Source: Rhynchobatus australiae
Lineage: Eukaryota
Direction of reading: 5' to 3'
Length of the DNA: 64,000 nucleotides
Assembly (NCBI GenBank): GCA_034780895.1
Contig: JAUZTB010000063.1
Span: forward strand, 20,017,764-20,081,763
A model generated the notes under the pieces. That model saw only the letters and a list, made by a program, of their open reading frames with translations. It made no database searches and was not told the DNA's origin. The translations under genes and the position numbers were made by a program. Positions 37,530 through 49,720 of the stretch are shown piece by piece. How positions within the stretch are numbered: the first letter of the stretch is position 1; every line of letters starts with the position of its first letter.

Positions 37530-39010
37530 CATATTGGAAAATACCAGCGATGTCCTTCCCATAAAGTAGATTATTTCTAACTCACCATTGTCCAGGGGTG
37601 GAGCACCAGCATAGTTACTTGAGATGCTGGATCCAGTAAATATGTGGCATTGAAGAATATTGGTAAAAGAAGTCAATGGAGATCAAGGNNNNNNNNNNTA
37701 CCTCATAGGAAAATGAGAATGATTGTTAGAGGTTAATCATCAATGCATTAGTTCCTCAGGACAATGACCTAGGCCCAACCATCTTCTGCTGCTTCATTGG
37801 TGTTCTTCCTTCCATCGTGGGTTCAGAAGTGGGGAGGTTTGCTGATGATTGCACATTTTTCAATTCCATTTGCAATGCCTCAGAAATTAAACTGGCCATA
37901 CTAGTTTGCAGCAAGCTCTAGACAACATTCAGGCAGGGGGTGATGTGGTGAGTTAATATTGTAGCACAAAGGTGCCAGCCAATGACTATCTGTAACAAGA
38001 AGTCATCTAACCACCTATCCTTAACATTCAGTCAAATTNNNNNNNNNNNNNNNGAACTCTCTGGAGGTCACCATTGACCAGAAGTTCAATCAGACCTGTC
38101 ACCTAAATACTATGACATGAAGAGCAGGTCAGAGGCTGGGTGTCCTGAGGCAAGTGATGGTTCCTGCCACCAAGCTTTTTCATCTACAAAGCACAAGTGA
38201 TTGAATACGCCTTGATGAGTGTAGATCCAATGACATTCAAGATGCTCGACACTATCCAGAATAAAGCATCCTACATAGTTGGTATTGCAAGCACCAGAAG
38301 TGCACGGTGGCTGCAATTTGTACCATCTACAAAATACATTGTAGTTATCTGTATAAGCAATTCCAGCAGGACTTCTAAACCCATGACCATAAGACACAGG
38401 AGCAGAATTAGGCCATTCAGCCCATTGAGTCTGCTCTGCCATTTGATCATGGCCGATTTTAATTTTCCCTCTCAACCCCATTCTCCTGCCTTCACCCCGT
38501 AACCTTTGACTCCCTTACTAATGAAAAACCTATCAACCCCCACTTTAAATATACCCAATGACTGGGCCTCCACAGCCACTGTGGCAATGAATTCCACAGG
38601 TTCACTACCCTCTGGCTAAAGAAATTCCCCCTCATCTCAGTTTGAAAGGGATGCCCCTTTATTCTGAAGCTGTGCCCTCAGATCCTAGACTCTCCTACTA
38701 ATGGAAACATCCCCTCCACGTCTACTCTATCCAGGCTTCAGTATGACCTCTACCACCAAGTAAGATGCGAACTTTAGCTGTTTCAGGAACACCATCACCT
38801 GCATGTTGCATAGCATACAGATTTGGAAATACATTGTTGGTCTTTCATTCTTCATTGTGTCTCTAAATGCTGGAGTTCCCTCTGGAAAAGCATTGTGGGA
38901 GTCACTTCATCTTAAGAACTGCAACAGTTCGAAAAGTGGCTTACTACCACCTACTGGAGGGCAATTAGGGATGGGCGATAAATGCTGACATGGCTGGTGA
39001 TGCCTAGATC
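37530..39010 (+). mobile_element. Decayed LINE (RT motifs PQ..LGPTIFCCFI..FADDC), second family
   Basis: Recognisable non-LTR RT motifs at 37750-37860. Related copies at 52800-52970 and 55670-56380 (+), and at 22680-23000 and 32150-32440 (-). Confidence 0.65.
38389..38742 (-). mobile_element. Young 5'-truncated CR1 nested in the older LINE
   Basis: CR1 3' end (ATAAGACACAGGAGCAGAATTAGGCCATTC); flanking direct repeat ATGACC at 38383-38388 and 38743-38748. Confidence 0.85.
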
Positions 39011-39749
39011 TGAAAAAAAATTTAAAAATCTGGCCATAGCTTTGTAAGAGAACTTTCAAAAGTGACATCACTGACCTAGATTTAAAGAAATGTATGCTGT
39101 TTACCTTTATTATTTTAATTTATAGGAGTATAAACTTTTAAGTAGATTTTTTTTTAATAGTTGATTCTACTTAACATTTTAAGAAAATATATCTGATTAC
39201 CAAAGTTACTTAAAAACTGTCTTTGGGCCTTTGATAGCAGCAAGCTGGCCATAAGTCTGAGAGTGGGAAATTAGGGTCCACTGCCTGAGGCCAGATGTCA
39301 CCTTGCCAAATGGCTGTGAAAGCCCAGCCTCATGTTCCATTGGAATAGCAGAGTCATAAATGCCAACTGGGATCATGGGACTAACAGGGAGTGGGTGGAG
39401 GGAAGCTTTGGTGCCAAGCCAAATTGATCATGATCTGGTCCATTTCTACTTTTCCCCAGTTGCAGCAAGATTGACCAGATTAGTATTCTGCAGTATCATC
39501 TTTGAATTAGTGAATATTCACTCTTGTTTAAAACCACAATATTCACACACAATTGGTCATTTAGTGCTAGTGTGATGATTAGCTGCACATAAGTATATCT
39601 GTGCAACTTGAACTAATATTAGATAATGTTTCCTTCGGTAATCTTTACATATAATGTTAGGAGAATCACCATGCTTCCGATAAAGAGAATGTATTTTAAA
39701 TTATCAATTCCATTTCAATTAGTGCAGAAAGCAAACTTATGCCAGGAAT

Positions 39750-40300
39750 CCAAAATAAAAACAAAACACTAAAGATTCAGCATAAAAGGCAACATCTGAG
39801 AAGAGTACTTAATGTTTTGGATTGATGACCTTTCACAAGAACTGAAAAGATTCCAGCCCAAGATTTAATATGCAGAATAAATGAAACGGGGGTCTGTGAT
39901 AGATTGGAAAGGTAATATTAAACAATAGATGTGGTGAAAATGTGAATAGTAGAATCGTTATCTTAAAATTGTTGATTTCAAATGTTGAGACTGATGCCTG
40001 GTTGAGGTTTGATTTCTTAAGCTTACATTGATTTTTCTTTGGGACAATGTAGGAGGCCAGTGATGGGAATGAGATGGAAAATTAAATGACAATTGGTAGT
40101 TTGAGGGTCATGCTTGCATACTGAATTGAGTAGTTAAAGCATTTTGCCTCCCACAATAGAGGACATTATATGATGAAAAGCACAAATACCCGACTAAGTT
40201 GAAAGACACAAGTAAATTGCTGAATCACCTGGAAGGCTTTTTGGGGATCTTGACGACAAGAAGGGAGGAGCTAAAATCATTGAATTTGAATATCCTAAGT
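39750..40300 (-). mobile_element. Decayed Penelope-like element fragment
   Basis: Terminal motif at 39807-39843, plus reverse-strand similarity to the GIY-YIG region seen at 11150-11430. Confidence 0.5.
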
Positions 40301-41579
40301 CTGAAGGATGGCAATTACTGGAAATACAAAGATCAGGCAGTAGTTTCATTCAGTGTTGGTTTATGGGATGGTAATTGGATTTACTTTGCCATTGCATTCT
40401 TCTCCCAACCATTTAATAGTTTAAGCCATCTTTAAATAGCATTTCCATGCTTCCATCTCTGCTATATAACCTATTTACAATTTTGTGAATTTGCACCTTG
40501 AAGTTCACCATGCTTTGTGAGAAAGAAAAATAATTATGTTAAGTGAAATCTATGCCAAAGCTTTAAACTACCAGTGTCCCTTTTTTTTATCAGTACTTAA
40601 TGCTAATCAGTTGATCTCATCTGGGTTGGGAACAAGGTCACAACACTTGTGCTGGGCAAAATAATAGCTGGTTTTCTGGCTCTTGATTATAAAGATGTAA
40701 GAATGCATGTAAGGGTGAAATAAGATTGGATTGGGCTGGTGTAATGTCTTCAAATGACAGTTTTGTTGGTACTTGCAGTCAGAGTTTACACTGACAGTTG
40801 AACAGTGAAGACAGTTGTAGAAATTGATGTCTCTAAAGGGATGAAGACAAAAATAACTTGCGTAAGTTTATAACAAGATTATTGATGTTTTCCAGTTATT
40901 TTACCAAACCTTTTTTGAGCTTATTCTATGAAGCCTTGCTGTTCAATTATCTGTCATTTTTTATTTGGTCTTCATTTAACCTTGTTTTCCTTATTCCCCT
41001 CCTGTAGGGTTACATAAGTACCTCCAGGTGTGATCATATCAGCATTTCTTCATATGACTCTGATTATAGTGTTGCATCTAAATATGATTGTCTTTCCTTT
41101 TACTTGCAGGTGTTGTTGCTTATAATCTAGTCAGGAATTGTGGCAAACATTTCCCCTTCCAAGGCCAATTGCAGCCTCTTTTCTGCCACATTGTTGAAAC
41201 TGATCAACCCAAGAACTATCAGGAATCAATTTGTATGGTCCATTAGCAAGTTGTCCTTGCAAATAGAATCATAAAGAAGGATCTGAAGTTAAAACACAAA
41301 ATGCGAGAAATACTCAGGTTGTATCAGTAAAGAAATAGAGTAAACATTTTATCAGAACCAGTGTTTCAGAATTTTAAATGTTTTTACTGTGAAAGAAATC
41401 CCAAGGTGCGTAAGAATGTAACAATTCTATTGAACACTTGCTGCTCAGTCCTTTGTTGACTGGTAACACTGACGTTCTAGCTTTCTCTAAAGAATGAAAT
41501 CAGTGACAGAATAGCTTTTATCGATCATTACCCACATTCAAGTTTTGTTTAGGCAATGTTATCTAAAAGGACATTTCAG

Positions 41580-42560
41580 AATATTAGCATGGATAGAGTA
41601 CTGGCAAACAAACAAGTGGCAGCAAGTTAGGAAAAGGGCTTCATTTTCTGGTTGGCAATGTGTAACCATTGGAGTGCCATGAAGATTAATGTTGGGTCTG
41701 TGCTGGTTACATTATATTTAAGGAAGGAAGTGAATACACTGTAGCCAAATATGCAGGTGTGTATCAGCAAATAGGTTGTGAGGGGTGGGGGTGGCATTGT
41801 TGAAAGGAAAGGTGTGAGAAAGACACAAACAGGTTACAGATTGATATATTGAGTAGGCAAGAAGTTGGCAAAATAATATTGGAAAATGGAATTTTCTTCA
41901 CTTTGGATGGAAGAATAATGAAACAGATTAATATTTAAATGCCGAACATAGGGATTTGGGCTCCTTATACATGGGACATGAAAAGTATCCCACAGGTACA
42001 GCAGGCAATCAGGGAGGCTAATGGAATGCTGACTTTTATTTCAAGGATTCGGAGTATAAAAGTAGGGAAGTCTCAGTACAATTGTACTAGGCATTAGTTA
42101 CACCGCATTTAGAATACTGTGTACAGCATTGGTCCCTCTAAGATTCACTAGGATGATATGAGGTATGTGGAAAGGTTGAATAGGCTGGGTCTGTTCTCAC
42201 TGGAGTTTAAAAGAATGAGATGTAAGCTTATAGAAAAATTCTTGGAGTGCTTGAGAAGGTAAATACAGGGAGGTTGCTACCTCTCATGGTAGAGTCTAGG
42301 ATCAGAAGGCATAGTCTCAGAACAAGGGGTGCCCATTTAAGACTAAAATGAGGAAGAATTTCTTATCTAAAAGACTTGAGTCTCCTGGATTCTTTGCCCC
42401 AGGAAAGCTGGAGTATACTCAAAGATGAGAGAGATTGTTAATCTGTAATTGAATCAAATGCTACATGGATAGGATGGGAAATACACTTGAGGAAAGTTAT
42501 TGGCCATAATCTTATTGAATGGTGAGCAAACTGAATGGGCTACCCTTGTTCCTAAATCTT
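41580..42560 (+). mobile_element. Decayed CR1 LINE 3' half
   Basis: LVTPHLEYCVQHWS and LGLFSLEFKRMR on the + strand. Confidence 0.8.
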
Positions 42561-43763
42561 TTGGTATTTAGAAAAGTCCTGCTTCAATTCAGTTAAAGTT
42601 GTTGAGTTATTGAAGATAATTTTATTTCTTTGGCTTATGCAATACTCCAAATCACATTAAAATTGAATATGTCAGGTGGAAAATATAGTGCAAATGAACT
42701 CATCGTAAGAAACCTCATTGAAAGTCTTGGTTTAGGCCAAATTGAAGTGTTAAAGTGGTTTGAAAGATAGTGAGCACTTCTATATTATAAAATTTTACTG
42801 GAAATTGTTCCAAATACTTGAAAACAAGAAAATATTGGTATTTTTATGTTTATTTCTTACACAATCTGAAACTATAAATTTTAGGGAGAAAATGATCTTT
42901 CATATATATTGTAATGTAATATTTATACATGGTTAAGACTTGTGCTTCCCCAAGTGCTGTTTCTCATAACTGAACCGTAGCAGTGTTCATGCTCCAGACA
43001 AGCATTCTCTCAATGTGCCAGCCATCAGCAAACCTAATTCTGTTTTACTTCATGAAATGCAATAATTGATGCACAGTAAATAGTTGACAATAATTACTAG
43101 CACGTTTTCCAACCTAAGTATGTTTGTTTCATTTAGGAAATATGCAAAATATAGGATAACTTCTTGTTTTAAAATTGGAAAGATGTGTACAGTTATGTAT
43201 TTGGCAATTATGTATATTCCCTTGTACTGAAATTATTTGCTTCCTAAACTTTGAAAAATTGGTATGAACAAGCTGGATGTCAATGTTGCTACCTTTCCTG
43301 AAAATGATGGCATGTGCTATAACTCCATGGTGCAACTCCTAAATTTGGCACAAATATTCCTATTCTGTCCATCACCTCTCCTTTTCTGCAACTTATAACA
43401 TAAAACAGTGCAACAAGGAACAGGCCCTTTTGCTCACGATGTCTGTGCCGACCATGATGCAAGTTTAAACTGCGCATCTGCCCACACACGGTTTATATCC
43501 CTATAACATGTTTGATTTCTCATATTTTTCCTAGATTTGAGAAAAATCATCAGCCAAAATGGTTAACTCTGTTCACTCAACAGTCGCTGTCTGACCTAAG
43601 CATTTCCTGTATTTTGTGTTTTTATTTTAGTTTTCCAGTATCTATAGCTTTTGCTATATTTGGCCCTCTGAATGGCCCAACCAAAGCTGAAAAGTTGCAG
43701 ATAGCAGGAATACCATCTAGTGAATTTTATGATTAAAGCATTTTCCATAAAAAGGAAATTATA

Positions 43764-43806
43764 CTGTAGATAACCCAACTATCCTGTAGATAACCCAACT
43801 ATCCTG
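43764..43806. repeat. 20-bp tandem duplication CTGTAGATAACCCAACTATC x2
   Basis: Direct reading. Confidence 0.9.
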
Positions 43807-44338
43807 CTTATGTAAATTAGCTGTTTGTTATCAACGTAGCATGTTAAAGGAGTTCAGTTGCATAAAATACAAACGGTTTTTGCTTGGAACAGATGGCAGG
43901 TGTGGTGGCAACGTTTCATGTATTAATTTACAGGGTGTTTATATAAAAACATTCACATTTACTTCAATAACCACGATGACTTCACAGAATGCACGGGGGA
44001 ATTGGTTATAAGGAATAACATTTGCAGTTATTTTGACTTAAAAGGATGAGTAAACCACTATTTTCTCCGTGTGCTGTAGTGTAAACAGCAAATGCTGAGT
44101 ATACGCTGCAGGTCAGGCCACGTCCATGGAAGGAGAAACGGAATCGATGACCCTTTCATCAGAACTATAGATGCTGCCTGCCCTGCTAATTTCTTCCAGC
44201 ACCTTCTGTTTTTGTTTCGAATTTCTCATAGTCGCAGGGTTTTTTTTTGCTCCTGTTCGAGCTATTTCAATTTATCGCCGCATGTTGGAGCAGTTACTAG
44301 GCCGGCAATAAAAACTAACGCACTGAGTGAGCACTTCA

Positions 44339-44737
44339 TTAGTCTTGCCTCATAGAATAGGTATTGTACCCTAGATCAATAATTGCTCCAATTAGTAACA
44401 GCCAAAGAGGTATAAAAATAAAACTAAGCTTCATTTGTGCAAATTGCTCTAATCTCGCGCACACCGCCAGCTGAAAGCCTAATTTAAGCAGCATAGCACA
44501 TAGGTACCAAACCTCCTTCCTGAGATTGGTACCATTCCTATCATAGCCTGCTTTGCATCTTCCTATTATCTTTACGATTAACATGATTAAAAGGATAGCA
44601 TCAAAAATCCAGAGCGGGATAAAGATGAGGAACCAGTTCCAAGGAGCTTTATCGTCCAGTTTCAGCACCAGTACAATTAGGAAGAGCAGGGTGAAGAGCC
44701 AGGTCATCAGAACCCTCTGCGCTAATGACATTCTCAT
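44339..44737 (-). CDS. TMEM60: Transmembrane protein 60 (intronless CDS, 132 aa)
   Basis: ORF MRMSLAQRVLMTWLFTLLFLIVLVLKLDDKAPWNWFLIFIPLWIFD... with four hydrophobic segments, recognisable as TMEM60. Convergent with RSBN1L as in mammals. Confidence 0.95.
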   Translation of the reverse strand: MRMSLAQRVLMTWLFTLLFLIVLVLKLDDKAPWNWFLIFIPLWIFDAILLIMLIVKIIGRCKAGYDRNGTNLRKEVWYLCAMLLKLGFQLAVCARLEQFAQMKLSFIFIPLWLLLIGAIIDLGYNTYSMRQD

Positions 44738-44744
44738 CTAAGAC

Positions 44745-45380
44745 AGACGGAGGGTACGATGCTCGCCTCTCGATTGTTTGCTCAGAATGTTTCAAGAAAC
44801 TGTTGCGAAGACAATCCGTTATGAAAATAAGGTGCATTTCATTTCAATCTATGACTGCGCCATTCGCTCTTTGATGTTACATGTGCACGTCGTTTACTCC
44901 GTATGATTATGTACGCTAGTACTTTGACATAAAAGCATCAACTTCATCCACCCTGAGTGTTCATTCCAGTCATTGCTTGGCCACGTTACAATATGTTGTG
45001 CGAATCAGAATCGGGTAAACAGCCTTCCATCAGCGATCTCGGATCTCTCTGCCCACTTCCAGGAGGCGAAGCCTCAACTCAGATGCCCGCTTAAATCCCG
45101 TTCAAAACGTTTCTTCCTGGCCCTTCGCTAGGCTTCGGGTCGGTTCGGTTCCTCTGTGCTTTGCTTTTTTTTGGTGTGCTTTCACTTTCCCTTCGAACCC
45201 TTTATCTCGCTGAAAAAGAGCAATTCGTACCCCTTTAATAACACCAGAGCCCCGCCTACGCTGTGATCTGATTAGTGCTTTACGTTGTTGTCATCAATGT
45301 ATCCAGTTCGAATTGTGCGGTCACATTGTCAATCACCAGTGTGACACACTTCCGGAATCACTGACTCGACGTCTCGAGTA
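44745..45380 (-). promoter_or_regulatory. CpG-rich promoter/5' region of TMEM60
   Basis: Marked CpG retention against a CpG-poor background. GC box CCCCGCC at ~45250, ETS/GABPA-type ACTTCCGG at 45348-45355, PBX/PREP-like TGTCAATCA at 45327-45335. Confidence 0.6.
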
Positions 45381-47479
45381 TATGCAGTGCTTTACAGGAA
45401 TGGTGTACTTTGATGCATATATATCAATTTTCATAGTTTTATCCCCGTAATTTCACGCCTCCAAAATATATATGATCTCTTTATGAGAAGATATTTCAGA
45501 GTCTGCAGAAAATAACCACTCCAAATGAGGACGGTCAGGCTAGTGAAGACCCGATTAAATTATCTGGCAACTACACTGCTGTTAGATCATGTGGCTGTCC
45601 TGCACATTTCTTCGGGTGGAAGAGCTGCAGTGGGTAAGATGGCTCCTATAATAGAACTGAAATGATTAACTCAGATATGGAACAGGCAAAGCTTGAAACA
45701 ACACACCAGCACCCTAATATCTGCTAGCATGTAGTATGGGGAAATGGATCTTGGTCCATTGAATCTGTACCATTTAACCATGTGTACATCCTATAGATAC
45801 ATCCTATCTACCAGCAACTTAGTAAACTCCTAGGAAAAACAAACCTTGGCCAATTAGGTTCTAAATAATTTTGGGAAACCTTTCTTTCACCTTACTAATA
45901 AATGGAAAAGAAATTTCAGATGATAATAATGTCTGTGAAGTTCATTTTCCAATTTTGAATGCTCTTGGATGGCATACAAAGACATTAGAAGGAACTTGTT
46001 AAATAAAAGCTAAGATGTTGTGCAGTCTCTGAAAACAAAAATTGGTTCAAATTAAAAAGGTGGAAATTTGCTTTGGGTTAAAGAATGTAAATTAGTCAAG
46101 GCATTATGAAGTAATCACCATTGTAGGGCAGACTCCAATCAGAATCTCTGTCATAGAAATTTCTGACACAGGAGCCCAATCAGATTATTGATTGGGCTAT
46201 TCCCTCATCTCTGTTTTTGCAAATTGCAGAATGGCAAGTGCCCCTCCATCTAGTTTTGAAATGTTTCAGCCGTGAGTTGCCATCACTGAAATCCACCATT
46301 TTTTGGATGATTTTTTTCCATCAATTTATTGCTAGTTTTTCCAATAATTGCTTCAAATCTGCATTCTCTAGTTGTTGACCTCTGCAAAGAAAATGGGTAC
46401 TTCCTGTTTGGCTCATGTCAGTGTCTCAATTAATCATAATAATCACTGTCATTTTGTTAAAAGTCTCAATAAATTTCATGAAGCCAACATTATAATCCTA
46501 GAAAGGTTCATCTGTTCAGCGGGCACAACCTGCGGTCAACAAATTCATGTTGATAAAAATGCGGCTCTGCAAACGGATGACTGTTTTGGCACATATCTGC
46601 ATTTGGAAAATATATCAACAATTACCAAGAAAGCTACATAGTCTTTATGTTGCTTCACTGTGGTTACAATGAACTGTTGTCAAAATGCATTGTTGGATGA
46701 GATTGTAAGATTAAGGAGTGTGTGACAATATTGCTTTATTTTACATTTTTCCTCTACATATAAGCATGACAAAGCAACAGAGAAGTATGTGTAGCATTTC
46801 AGCTAACCATTGATGTATTTTCCCAATACACAGACGTATCAAAACATTGCCGACATGACAATCCTGTTTTTTTCACAGTCTATTAATTATTGCAAGCAGC
46901 AAACAAAAAAATGAACACAAGGTGCCTGCCTGCTGTAATCTCTCAGCTTCGTATAAGGTAACTGCTGTGCTGGGTACTTGGTTGAAACACTTCTCTAATT
47001 TTTTTAAAATCCAATGCAGTAAGGTTTAGGCAAGACTGGCCTTGTCAGTGACATCCACATGAATAATGAAAAAGTTTCTTTATTTGGTCTATACTTGTAA
47101 TGAAATGGAAAAAAAATGTACAGACAGGTCTTTTGTTAATTATATTGGAGATCCTTAAGGAAGGTACTTACAGAAACCAAGTGCCTTGTGATGACTTTAA
47201 GCTGTCCAAAGTGCTTTAGAGTCAATTAAATTTATAATGTAGAAATTATACTGATTAATTTAAGCATGGCAAGACTCCACAAACCTCCATTCAAATAATT
47301 ATCAGTAAGTGTGGAAAAACAGCACCTTTTGATAGTGCAGTACTCCCTCAGTACTGCATTTTAGCATCGGCCTGGATTAACTGCTCAATTCCCTGGAATG
47401 AATTCATAAAATTCTAACTCAGGCAAAACTTAGATTAAGCTCTCAACATATGTAGAGCATTGGGGGCAGCATAATTGCT

Positions 47480-48080
47480 GATGTCTGCCATATTGGATTG
47501 ATCTCAGTGTGCCAGCATCCAATTATTCTCATACATTGCTTCTGTCCGATAACTAATTCTCAACCCATGTCAGTATATTATCCCCACTTCCATGTGCTCT
47601 AACTTTGACCTTCAATGTGGGTCGTCATCAAAAGCCTTCTGAAAATTCAAACACACATCAGCTGGTTCCCTCTTATCTATTCCACAATTCACATCTTCAA
47701 AGAGCGTTAGCAGATTAGTCAAGCATGATTTTCCTTTCATAGATCCATATTGACTCTGCTCAGTACTATTATTCATTGCAGGGTTTTCTGTTCTTACGTT
47801 GATCATTATAGTTTCCAGCATCTTCCTAATTATTGATGTTAGGTTAACAAGTCAGTACTTCCCTGTTTTCTTAAATAGTGGGATCATAATGATTTACCCC
47901 CAATCCACAGGAACAATTCCAGAAACTACAGGACCTTGGAAGCTGATAACAAGAACATCCACCATCTCTAATGCCACCTCTTTCAAGATTTTGGGATACA
48001 GGTCATACTTGGGATTTCCCAGATTTCAATGTCAACAGCTTCTTTGTTTTTTTTTTGACAAATAATGGGTTATCTCAGTT
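47480..48080 (-). mobile_element. CR1 RT fragment
   Basis: QYGSMKGKSCLTNLLTLFEDV...LNFQKAFD. Confidence 0.85.
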
Positions 48081-49339
48081 TCTCAAACTTACTAGACTCT
48101 TGCTGCACTATTTCATTCCTGGAGCCAGCCATTGGCAATTGACAGCTCGTCATCTGATATACTTTTCCAGGATGACAGGCTTCTTGGCTGGCAATGCAGT
48201 TGAGTGAAGATGGAGGTGATGGATAAAGGAGATGCTGAAGCATAAGAGATACGTAGCAGCAATTTGGATGATCTGGAATTTGAGAAGGGAGGAGAGAATG
48301 CCGAGAAAACATTAAATAAATTCTGATGTTGACCTTGACGTGGATAAGCCTAGAGATGTTAAAGATAACAGATGGGTTGCTTTCAAAATGAGGAGAACAA
48401 AATAATAGAGGGTAAACGTAAGAGAAATAAGACTTACAAGTTTGTAAAAAAATCTNNNNNNNNNNNNNNNNNAGTCAAGTTGATTGTAGGCAGGGAGGAT
48501 GATGAGCAGAAGTGAGGGAGCAGGTTTTTTAAAGAAGGCTAACATAATGGCTTCAGTCTTCCCAGTATTTCTTGTCTGTGATGTCTCAGATAGATAAACC
48601 AGAGTTTAACCTTGTTGGATTTCAAGTGTGAAAGGATAGGCTAGAAAGAAAAGCTTTGCAGTTTATAATAATAGTTAAGAATGGAACTGAGTGAGGGTAA
48701 TATTTGTCCAGGCAGTCATTAAAATCATTTGAGAAAGATGTTGTTAACTGTATTAAAAGCTAGATGATGTGGCACAATTAACAGATCTATTTTAATCTGA
48801 AATCAAGTTGGATGGGTGAAACAGAATTACTGGAGGAAAGGAAATGGAATCAAAAGATGGCAAGGATCTTGCATTTAGTAGGCATGGAAGAAGAATGGGG
48901 GATCAAGAGTATTTTTGAGGAGCTAAGTGACAATAGTGGACAAGAGGAAATAAAAGGGACAAAATACAGGATTAGAGATCATTTATAGTCTCAAATTATA
49001 TGAGTCCCAGGTGTGAGACGGGTGATTAGATATTTGGGAATAGAGTTGAGGAAATAATTCCTGAATTTGAAATATAAACACAAAATGCTTGAAATATTCA
49101 GACTCCCAGTCAACTTACCTGAAACATTAACACTATTTTTCTTTCCACAGATGCTGTCAGTTTCCTATTTCAGAAATGTTTGCATCTGCAGTCTTTTGGC
49201 TTTCATCTGTTAGGTTTGATTGACTTACATTGCTGCTTTTAATAAAAGATGTTCTGTGTATGATTCTACATGTCTTTTTCCTGTACTTGCAACATCACAA
49301 AGAAACTCAGAGAGGTTACACTGCTGAGTCCAAGGAATT

Positions 49340-49720
49340 AGATCTCATAATACCGGAGAGGATATCTTGGAGGGTTCATCCAGTGAGTCAATATGGGTAA
49401 AACTCAAGAATAAGAAATGTGCAGTCACTATGATAGGATTATACCATAGGCCTCCCAATAACTGGCGTGAGATAGAGGAACAGATGTATCAGGAGATTAT
49501 GGATAGGTGTAAAAGCAACAGGGTAGTTGCAGTGGGTGACTTCAATTTCCCCAGTATTGACTCTTACTCTTATTTAGTGCCAAAGGCTTAGATAGGGCAG
49601 AATTTGTTAGGTGCATCAAGGAAGGTTTTGTGACATAGTAGTTTGTGGATAGTCCAGCCAGGGAAGGGGCCATACTAGGCCTTGTAGCCTGGCCAGGTAA
49701 TCAGAATTTCAGTGGTCATG
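49340..49720 (+). mobile_element. CR1 APE endonuclease fragment
   Basis: SSESIWVKLKNKK...GLYHRPPN...VGDFNFPSID. Confidence 0.85.
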
